Shown piece after piece: positions 1 through 6,755 of a stretch of DNA of 64,000 nucleotides; position 1 is the stretch's first letter; each line of letters opens with the position of its first letter. A model generated the notes under the pieces. It did no database searches. It saw only the letters and a program-made list of their open reading frames with translations, and was not told the origin of the DNA. Position numbers and translations under genes: made by a program. Source of the DNA: Salinivirgaceae bacterium (GTDB lineage: Bacteria; Bacteroidota; Bacteroidia; Bacteroidales; SZUA-534); assembly GCA_017645945.1 (NCBI GenBank), contig JAGCNL010000034.1, positions 1,503 to 65,502 of the forward strand. Reading direction: 5' to 3'.

Positions 1-5
1 CATTG

Positions 6-1379
6 TTAATTCTCATTGAAATACTCTGCCAGTTCACGGTTTTCGGTTGAGAGACGGCCATAGTGCTCGTCGTGCTGCGAAATGTCGAGTCCAACGGTTT
101 CGTCGGCCTGGCTTACGCGCATCGTAACCATCTTATTTGTAATGTAATAGAGCAGATAGGTCATTGCAAATGTGAAGACAAAGACAATGCAAATGGCAAT
201 CACGTGGTTGAAAATGAACCGTCCGTGCGTAACGCCTTCGGCCACAAGGCTTTCGGCCTCATACTGATAGACAAATATTCCCGAAAGGATTGTGCCGACA
301 ATACCGCCCACACCGTGAGTCGGGAACACATCCAAGGCATCGTCGACGCTGGTGTGGTTTTTCCAGTGGCACGCAAAGTTCGAGATTATGGTGGTGATAA
401 TGGCGATTACAATGCTGTCGCTCACCGACACCCATCCCGCCGACGGTGTAATAGCCACCAGACCAAGCACACCGCCCACAGCGGCACCCATTGCCGACGG
501 CTTGCGGCCTGTCAGACAATCGATAAAAATCCACATCATCATTGCCGTGGCGGCTGCAGTGTTGGTGTTCAGGAAGGCTTTAACGGCCATTCCGTCAGCG
601 TGAAGTGAACTGCCCGCGTTGAATCCGAACCAGCCCAACCACAGCAGCACAGCGCCCAAAACAACGTACGGCACGTTGGCTGGCTCCGATTTCTTATCGC
701 GACGGCGCCCCAAAAAGATTGCGCCAACCAAAGCGGCAATACCGCTCGAAGCGTGAACCACAATGCCACCCGCGAAATCCTTGACGTGCATTCGGCAGAA
801 AAGGCCGTCGGGGTGCCAGGTCATATGCGCAAGCGGACAATAGACGAAAAGGCAGAACAGCGCCATAAAAATCATATAGGCCGAAAAACGTACACGTTCG
901 GCAAACGAACCAGTTATCAATGAAGGGGTTATGATTGCGAATTTCATCTGGAAAAGCGCGTACAGGGCCAGCGGAATGGTCAGTCCCAGACGGGTTGAGA
1001 GCGAGTCGGTGGCCGCACCGCCAACGTTGTGGAACATAAAATATGTGGCGGGGTTGCCAATGATTCCCAAACCGCCGACATCTTCGCCAAAGCAAAGCGA
1101 AAAGCCCACAAACACCCACAGCACGCTGATAATGCCCATTGCGATAATGGACTGAAGGATAGTGGAAATGACGTTTTTCTTGCGAACCATACCACCGTAG
1201 AAGAATGACAGTCCAGGGGTCATCATCAGCACAAAAATGGTGGCGGTAATCATCCACGCAATGTCGGCTGCGCTAATGTTGTCGCTCAATTCCCAGATTC
1301 CCGCCTGTTCGGGAACCAACAGCCCGCAAATGGCAATTATGCCGATAATGGCTGTAAAAATTACGTAACGTTTTTTCAT
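6..1379 (-). CDS. amtB: ammonium transporter, Amt/MEP family (copy 1)
   Basis: 457-aa polytopic membrane protein with Amt-type motifs (DFAGGIVVHASSGIAALVGAIFLGRR, GWFGFNAGS, HGVGGIVGTIL). ATG start confirmed at 1377-1379. Confidence 0.9.
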   Translation of the reverse strand: MKKRYVIFTAIIGIIAICGLLVPEQAGIWELSDNISAADIAWMITATIFVLMMTPGLSFFYGGMVRKKNVISTILQSIIAMGIISVLWVFVGFSLCFGEDVGGLGIIGNPATYFMFHNVGGAATDSLSTRLGLTIPLALYALFQMKFAIITPSLITGSFAERVRFSAYMIFMALFCLFVYCPLAHMTWHPDGLFCRMHVKDFAGGIVVHASSGIAALVGAIFLGRRRDKKSEPANVPYVVLGAVLLWLGWFGFNAGSSLHADGMAVKAFLNTNTAAATAMMMWIFIDCLTGRKPSAMGAAVGGVLGLVAITPSAGWVSVSDSIVIAIITTIISNFACHWKNHTSVDDALDVFPTHGVGGIVGTILSGIFVYQYEAESLVAEGVTHGRFIFNHVIAICIVFVFTFAMTYLLYYITNKMVTMRVSQADETVGLDISQHDEHYGRLSTENRELAEYFNEN

Positions 1380-1419
1380 CTTTTTATGTTTTTAATTAAT
1401 ACTCTCTGTTTTACTCATT

Positions 1420-1451
1420 AAAAAAGGCCGATTCCGTTTGAAACCAGCCTT
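1420..1451 (-). terminator. intrinsic terminator/attenuator hairpin in the amt leader
   Basis: Minus strand reads AAGGCTGGTTTC-AAAC-GGAATCGGCCTT followed by a T run. The stem is 12 bp (3 G-U) and lies 40 nt upstream of the amt ATG. Confidence 0.55.
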
Positions 1452-1473
1452 ATGAATTCATTTTGTCTTCAAC

Positions 1474-1599
1474 TCAAACCGCCCGACTGGTTAGGCCCGC
1501 ATATCGATTTCGATTATTATTATGACGATTTCGCCCCGAATTTCGATTCGGATTGAGATTCAAACCATTACCGTTGTTCAAATTCTTGTTCATCGTCAT
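1474..1599 (-). CDS. 41-codon Asn/Arg-rich small ORF (candidate leader peptide)
   Basis: Hand translation gives MTMNKNLNNGNGLNLNPNRNSGRNRHNNNRNRYAGLTSRAV* (14 Asn and 6 Arg of 41). It lies between a promoter-like box and the terminator. A paralogous small ORF sits at 6082-6228. Confidence 0.35.
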   Translation of the reverse strand: MTMNKNLNNGNGLNLNPNRNSGRNRHNNNRNRYAGLTSRAV

Positions 1600-1644
1600 T
1601 TTCTGTTTTAAAATCGAAATGCCCTTTTGTTGTCATTTTCGACG

Positions 1645-1680
1645 TGGCAAATATACAACTGATTTTTATTTTGCAAGTAA
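1645..1680 (-). promoter_or_regulatory. Bacteroidetes-type promoter (-33 TTG / -7 TATATTTG)
   Basis: Minus strand reads TTACTTGCAAAATAAAAATCAGTTGTATATTTGCCACGTC. TATATTTG fits the TAnnTTTG -7 consensus. The same boxes with the same 18-nt spacing recur at 6283-6320. Confidence 0.4.
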
Positions 1681-1843
1681 AAATTGTTATTTTCTTATGT
1701 TCTATCCGTAATTCTCGTATATATCTTACGATTTATAATTATATACAGCATTTTAGAATTATTTTATCAAAATGACAGTTCAGAAAAAGGGGTTTGGTTA
1801 CGGATTGAAATTGGGGGAAGACTGGGAAAATAGTTTAGGACGT

Positions 1844-1879
1844 TAAAAACAAGGGCAGGCACGATTTGTACCTACCCTT
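1844..1879 (-). terminator. probable terminator downstream of the ATPase gene
   Basis: Minus strand reads AAGGGTAGG-TACAAATCGTG-CCTGCCCTT followed by GTTTTTAA. The stem pairs 8 of 9 positions. Confidence 0.4.
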
Positions 1880-1955
1880 TTGACAACTTTTGAAAGACAT
1901 ATTTTATGTGGTCCGAAATTTCCTATGGTTTTCGCGTTCTGTTACAACTCGCCTT

Positions 1956-3107
1956 TCACCCCAACCAATTAACATAGTTATCGGGCGTGATAACTGACGT
2001 TTCTTTTACTGGATACGCTTTGAGAAACGCCGACGGCAAAGCGACATTGGCTTTGTTCGGATTGATTTTCATCTCATAAGCAGCCATTTTGCCATCACAC
2101 TCCTCAACATAGTCAATCTCCTGCTTTTCATTTGTTCGCCAGAAGTATTGATTTACAAACCGCCCGTTGTAATGGTTGTATTTAATTCTTTCGGAAATGC
2201 AGAAATTTTCCCATAGGGCACCTGCATCATCACGCAAATCGAGCGGATTGAAATTATGAATCAACGCGTTACGAATTCCGTTGTCGAAGAAAAATATTTT
2301 CTTACTCTTTTTAAGTTCGTTTCTCAAGTTTCGGCTCAAACCGTTCAAGCGAAAAACAACATAGCATTTTTCGAGCAAATCGACATACTTCTCCACCGTT
2401 TTCGCATCGCTGCCTATGGTTTGTGCCAACTCATTATACGACACTACGCCTCCAACCTGCAATGCCAGCGCCACAAGCAGTTTCTCAAGCAAAACGGGTT
2501 TCCGCACACCTTCCATCGACAGCAAATCCTGATACATATAACTGCTCGAAAGGTTCATCAGAATGTCGCGCACATTATCGGCACTGCTTACCACATCGGG
2601 GTATGAGCCGTAAATCAGCCGTGCATCCAACGACTGCCTGACGCGCAGCAAACCACCATTGTTGAGCAATTCCTGTGTCGAAATCGGGAACAAGTGGTAT
2701 TCGAACTTGCGCCCCGTAAGTGGCTCATTTAGTTCGCCTTGCAGCGCAAGTGACGACGAGCCTGTAACCAAAAGTTGGATATCTTTAAAATGGTCGGTTA
2801 TCAGTTTAAGTATCAAGCCGATACCTTGAATGCGCTGCGCCTCATCAATCAGCACAATGCGGTGGTTGGCCAGCAGCATCCGCATATTATTCAGATTGTC
2901 AGACTGTTCCAGTATCGCACGCGTTTGGGCATCATCACAATACAGCCGCAGGATTTGGTCTTGCGGAACTTGAATGTCGGGGGCACTCAAAATCTGCTCA
3001 AAAAGCGTTGTTTTACCCACCTGCCGTGCACCAATAAGCACAATGGCCTTTCCTTTGAACATCCGCTCTTTGATTACATTGTGTAATTGTCGTTTAATCA
3101 GCGCCAT
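1956..3107 (-). CDS. AAA+ ATPase with DUF4143-type C-terminal PD-(D/E)xK-like domain
   Basis: Walker A GARQVGKTTL, Walker B VLIDEAQ, and C-terminal EIDYVEE...AAYEMK (D...ExK-like). It is a solitary gene wedged between the two amt units. Confidence 0.8.
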   Translation of the reverse strand: MALIKRQLHNVIKERMFKGKAIVLIGARQVGKTTLFEQILSAPDIQVPQDQILRLYCDDAQTRAILEQSDNLNNMRMLLANHRIVLIDEAQRIQGIGLILKLITDHFKDIQLLVTGSSSLALQGELNEPLTGRKFEYHLFPISTQELLNNGGLLRVRQSLDARLIYGSYPDVVSSADNVRDILMNLSSSYMYQDLLSMEGVRKPVLLEKLLVALALQVGGVVSYNELAQTIGSDAKTVEKYVDLLEKCYVVFRLNGLSRNLRNELKKSKKIFFFDNGIRNALIHNFNPLDLRDDAGALWENFCISERIKYNHYNGRFVNQYFWRTNEKQEIDYVEECDGKMAAYEMKINPNKANVALPSAFLKAYPVKETSVITPDNYVNWLG

Positions 3108-3146
3108 AACCCATCATTTTACTCTGCAAGGATACATAAATTTTAA

Positions 3147-3217
3147 TCCTAATCCAAAAAATCGGCATTTTTTTTGGATTATAATCCGAATTTTCAGTAT
3201 GATTTTTGGGATTAGGA
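3147..3217. repeat. nested inverted repeat upstream of the ATPase gene
   Basis: Outer arms are TCCTAATCCAAAAAATC (3147-3163) and GATTTTTGGGATTAGGA (3201-3217), matching 16 of 17. The inner hairpin is CCAAAAAA-TCGGCA-TTTTTTTTGG (3154-3177). Confidence 0.6.
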
Positions 3218-3258
3218 CATATTCTGCCACTCTTTTTCGTTTGTGTTAACATCATATT

Positions 3259-3294
3259 TTTCCGTGATTTCCGTGATTTCCGTGATTTCCGTGG
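3259..3294. repeat. 9-bp tandem repeat (TTTCCGTGA, about 4 copies)
   Basis: The sequence tttccgtga tttccgtga tttccgtga tttccgtgg was read directly. It is intergenic. Confidence 0.9.
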
Positions 3295-3303
3295 CAAACG
3301 CAC

Positions 3304-3336
3304 AAAAAAAAGCAAGGGAACTCGCGTCCCCTTGCC
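3304..3336 (-). terminator. intrinsic terminator of the porin-PII-amt operon
   Basis: Minus strand reads GGCAAGGGGACGCGAGTTCCCTTGC followed by TTTTTTTT. It lies about 60 nt after the amt copy 2 stop codon. Confidence 0.65.
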
Positions 3337-3363
3337 TTCAAATCACAAACTTTAAAATTCTGA

Positions 3364-3381
3364 TCCCGATAGCTATCGGGA
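3364..3381. repeat. perfect 18-bp palindrome
   Basis: TCCCGATAGCTATCGGGA, located 12 nt after the amt copy 2 stop codon. Confidence 0.8.
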
Positions 3382-3392
3382 CTAACTATCCA

Positions 3393-4706
3393 TTAGTTGT
3401 AAGCTGCTTCGCCGTGCTCGTAAACGTCGAGACCTTCCTCTTCAATTCTCGGCAGCACGCGCAGACCGTGTATCTTCTTGATAATGGTGAACATAATCAA
3501 ACCGCAGACAAACGACCAGCCAGCTATTGTAACCTCGCCAATCAGCTGTGTCAGAACTGAATAGCCGCACTCCGAGTAGGCGAACACGCCTGTCAGAACG
3601 GTGCCAGTGAAGCCTGCCATACCGTGAACCGAAATGGCACCAACAGGGTCATCAATGTGCAGTTTGGTATCAAGGAAGTTAACGCAGAAGCACATAACAA
3701 CCGAAGCAACCAGACCGATAATTGCGGCAGAACCGATTGAAACGCAGTCGCAACCAGCGGTGATACCAACCAGACCAGCCAGAATGCCGTTGCAAACCAT
3801 TGACAGCGACGGTTTTCCGAATACCAGCCAAGTGTAAATCAGGGCTGCGATACCGCCCACAGCGGCTGCAATGTTGGTTGTTACAAAGATGTGCGATGCA
3901 GCAGACATATTGTTCAGGATGCCGCCACCGTAGCAGTCGGCGTCAACAATACCCTCAACAGCCACCGTTGAACCAGGGTTGAATCCGAACCAGCCCATCC
4001 ACAGAATCCACACGCCAAGAGCTGCAAGCGCCAGGTTGTGACCAGGAATGGCGTGAGTGCGGGTTGAGCCGTCGGGCAGTTTGGTGTATTTGCCCAAGCG
4101 CGGACCAAGAACAATGGCACCAGCCAAGGCGATGAAACCGCCGCAAGAGTGAACCACAGCTGAGCCAGCGAAATCGTGGAAACCGAGTTCGCTCAACCAG
4201 CCACCGCCCCACGACCAGTGGCCTTGAATGGGGTAAATCAGCGCTGAAATCACCAGCGAGTAAACCAGATACATTGAGAATTTAGTGCGCTCTGCCATAG
4301 CACCCGACACAATGGTTGCGGCTGTGGCGCAGAACACTGTTTGGAAGATGAAATAGCACTCTTTCGGCAGGTTTCCGCAAGGGTTCTCAACCCCGCCGAT
4401 TCCGAAACCGCCCCAGCCCAGGAACGAGCCAGCGCCGAACATTACAGAGAATCCCAGAATCCAGTACAAAACCGAACCCACCGAGAAGTCCATAAAGTTC
4501 TTCATAAGGATGTTGGCTGTGTTTTTGGCGCGTGTCAGGCCAGCCTCGACCAACGCGAAGCCTGGCTGCATAAAGAACACCAGCATTGCCGCAAGCAACA
4601 CCCAAATTGTATCAACCGCGCTGATGCCACTCTCGGCAGCAGCCTCGGCAGCCGGCGCCACCGCCCCGGCTATTACTGATATGCTATCTGTAACTATTGT
4701 TTCCAT
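3393..4706 (-). CDS. amtB: ammonium transporter, Amt/MEP family (copy 2)
   Basis: 437-aa protein with Amt motifs (FHDFAGSAVVHSCGGFIALAGAIVLGPR, GWFGFNPGS, HGMAGFTGTVL). It follows a P-II gene. Confidence 0.9.
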   Translation of the reverse strand: METIVTDSISVIAGAVAPAAEAAAESGISAVDTIWVLLAAMLVFFMQPGFALVEAGLTRAKNTANILMKNFMDFSVGSVLYWILGFSVMFGAGSFLGWGGFGIGGVENPCGNLPKECYFIFQTVFCATAATIVSGAMAERTKFSMYLVYSLVISALIYPIQGHWSWGGGWLSELGFHDFAGSAVVHSCGGFIALAGAIVLGPRLGKYTKLPDGSTRTHAIPGHNLALAALGVWILWMGWFGFNPGSTVAVEGIVDADCYGGGILNNMSAASHIFVTTNIAAAVGGIAALIYTWLVFGKPSLSMVCNGILAGLVGITAGCDCVSIGSAAIIGLVASVVMCFCVNFLDTKLHIDDPVGAISVHGMAGFTGTVLTGVFAYSECGYSVLTQLIGEVTIAGWSFVCGLIMFTIIKKIHGLRVLPRIEEEGLDVYEHGEAAYN

Positions 4707-4829
4707 TTTCTTAATTTTTTGACTTCAGACTTCCGACAACGGACAACCGACTCCTTACTTATGCCTTTTGCCCTATGTCTTTAGGCCTAAATTGTTAATT
4801 ATTAATTGTTAACTGTTATTTACTGTCAA

Positions 4830-5177
4830 TTACTTCTTGTCCGCCAGAACTGTATCGCCGTGCTCGCCGGTGCGGATTGACCAGGTGTCGTCGACGGGGC
4901 TGACGAATATGCGGCCGTCACCAATCTCGCCTGTGCGCGCCACGCTCATAATGGCGTCGATGGCGGGCTGAACAAACTGGTCGCGGCAGATAATGGTTAT
5001 CTCGATTCGTGAGATGATGTCGGTGCTGTACATCACACCACGGTAGATACGGTCCTCACGGTCCTGCCCAATGGCTTTCACCTCCGTGTAAGAGAACCAG
5101 TTGATGTCGGCGGCAAACAGAGCCTCCTTCACATCGTCGAATTTCGTTTTGCGAATAATCGCTTCAATCTTTTTCAT
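4830..5177 (-). CDS. glnK: P-II family nitrogen regulatory protein (GlnK/GlnB-like)
   Basis: 115 aa starting MKKIEAIIR..FDDVKEAL, ending TGEIGDGRIFVSPV. It lies immediately upstream of amt, the canonical glnK-amtB pairing. Confidence 0.85.
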   Translation of the reverse strand: MKKIEAIIRKTKFDDVKEALFAADINWFSYTEVKAIGQDREDRIYRGVMYSTDIISRIEITIICRDQFVQPAIDAIMSVARTGEIGDGRIFVSPVDDTWSIRTGEHGDTVLADKK

Positions 5178-5296
5178 CGTCTTACATTGTTAAATTATGA
5201 TTTTCGATTTTTGATTTTTCGGACGCCATAATATGACGTCCCTACATATAGCTTGATTTTGAATTCTTTACATCACTAATGCCTAGTGCCTAATGC

Positions 5297-5992
5297 CTAA
5301 AAAGAAATACCCACTGTCATATACATCTTCTTGCTTGTGGGGTTGGCTGCGAGTTGCGCGAACACCGGCAGAGTGAACTTCTCGAATTCGAGTTCTTTTG
5401 TCGCCGTAAGGCTCAAGTTGACTAGTGCGAAACCTTCAGCCCCATAGAAATCGTTCTCCCAAGGCGTTATGCCCAGAGCGGCTTCCCAATCCAAACCGCC
5501 AAGTTTGAACGGCGCAATAACCTCGAAGTACGATGAGTAGGCATCGTCGCCATTCTCTTTGGCTCCCATGGCGCCCCAGAAGTTGGTGTACCAGCCAATC
5601 GAAAGGAATTCGAAATCGTAAGTTAGGCCGGCCTCGAGGGTGTGTGGCGTGCTGTCAGAATAGTCGAAATAATCAACATCGTCCGATGCGCACCAGTAGT
5701 CGGTTACCATGGCCGAGAATCCGCCAACGGCATACGACAGCGTGAAGTCGATTTCCTTGTAGTCGCTGCCCACGATGCTGGCCGAGCCCCACGCTCCGAG
5801 CGAAAGTCCTTTGTAGCCAACCGAGATTGACGGTTGAATGGCCGCGCCGTCGAGTTTGCCGCCACGCCAGATATAAGAACTTACAACATCAGCACCCACC
5901 GATGCTTCAACGCCGTCTTCACCCTCGGCGTAAAGGGTTCCTGTCATAGCCACCAGGCCAATTACAAGCATTGTTTTCTCAATTGTTTTCAT
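5297..5992 (-). CDS. putative outer-membrane beta-barrel porin (TorF/Gcw_chp-like)
   Basis: Signal peptide plus alternating beta-strand pattern (SSYIWRGGKLDGAAIQPSISVGYKGLSLGAWGS, EIDFTLSY). It is the first gene of the porin-PII-amt operon. Confidence 0.55.
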   Translation of the reverse strand: MKTIEKTMLVIGLVAMTGTLYAEGEDGVEASVGADVVSSYIWRGGKLDGAAIQPSISVGYKGLSLGAWGSASIVGSDYKEIDFTLSYAVGGFSAMVTDYWCASDDVDYFDYSDSTPHTLEAGLTYDFEFLSIGWYTNFWGAMGAKENGDDAYSSYFEVIAPFKLGGLDWEAALGITPWENDFYGAEGFALVNLSLTATKELEFEKFTLPVFAQLAANPTSKKMYMTVGISF

Positions 5993-6051
5993 TTTCTTTG
6001 TTTTGTTTATAAGGTTTATAAATGTTGATGTTTGCGTTGCAGCGCGACATC

Positions 6052-6083
6052 AAAAAAGGCTGGTTTCACCGAAGCCAGCCTTT
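6052..6083 (-). terminator. intrinsic terminator/attenuator hairpin in the operon leader
   Basis: Minus strand reads AAAGGCTGG-CTTCGGTGAAA-CCAGCCTTT followed by a T run. It lies 60 nt upstream of the porin ATG and is paralogous to 1420-1451. Confidence 0.55.
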
Positions 6084-6228
6084 AATTTTTCAATTCACTA
6101 TCTGTTTTGCCTCCGGCCCGGCTGGTTGGGCCCGTGCAATATTCATTCTGATTCTGTTTTGAGTTCCAGTAGGAACCCTTCTGCAAATACTGATTCAGAT
6201 TGAAGCCGTTTTCCATTGACTTTTTCAT
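6082..6228 (-). CDS. 48-codon Asn/Gln-rich small ORF (candidate leader peptide, paralog of 1474-1599)
   Basis: Hand translation gives MKKSMENGFNLNQYLQKGSYWNSKQNQNEYCTGPTSRAGGKTDSELKN*. It shares G(L/F)NLN and G(L/P)TSRA with the 41-aa ORF. Its stop codon abuts the terminator stem. Confidence 0.35.
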   Translation of the reverse strand: MKKSMENGFNLNQYLQKGSYWNSKQNQNEYCTGPTSRAGGKTDSELKN

Positions 6229-6282
6229 CTCAATTGTTTTTTAATCGTTCATAAACTGTTTCATTTTTTCTTGTCTTTCGAC

Positions 6283-6320
6283 ATGGCAAATATACGGCCA
6301 ATTTTAATTCTGCAAGCATT
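6283..6320 (-). promoter_or_regulatory. Bacteroidetes-type promoter (-33 TTG / -7 TATATTTG)
   Basis: Minus strand reads AATGCTTGCAGAATTAAAATTGGCCGTATATTTGCCATGT. The boxes and 18-nt spacing are identical to 1645-1680, and GTATATTTGCCAYGTCGAAA is conserved between the two. Confidence 0.4.
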
Positions 6321-6755
6321 TTTTGATATTTATTTTCGATTTATTTTATTTTTATCTATTTTGCTTACGCATTATAATTTTTAATCGCCATAATTTGATT
6401 TTTATTAAAACCGACCGCTTTCGAAAACGTTTTCAATAACAAATCGAAATCGCACTTTTTTCGAAAAATTGGCGTTTTTGAGAATTTTTGAAGAATATTT
6501 GGGTATAAATGGTGAGTTTTATGGCAGATTTTGGCGAGAAAAGCAAATTTTCAAATCGATACCCGTATTTTTATGGGGGTACAACTATAAAAAGGCTGTT
6601 TTTAAAAGAAAGACCTAGAAACCATGTAAAAACGTTCGGCCGACAATAAAAAACGCGCCTATATATAATAATCAAACAAAATATCATTGAATATGCTTTT
6701 GAATTAAAACTAAACAGACTAATTTTGTCGCGATTTATAATTAAAGAATAAAGAA

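Noticed and set aside
1570-1634. Alternative 22-codon upstream ORF (MTTKGHFDFKTENDDEQEFEQR) starting at 1636 on the minus strand in the amt leader. Coordinates are given in minus-strand order, so start is greater than end.
   Set aside because: It is in a different frame from the Asn-rich ORF and has no counterpart with similar sequence in the paralogous leader at 6.2 kb, which has only an unrelated 7-codon ORF there. It was therefore not considered conserved.
3259-3294. Possible CRISPR-like array (regular short repeats).
   Set aside because: This is a pure 9-bp tandem repeat with no spacers. No cas genes are present anywhere in the window.
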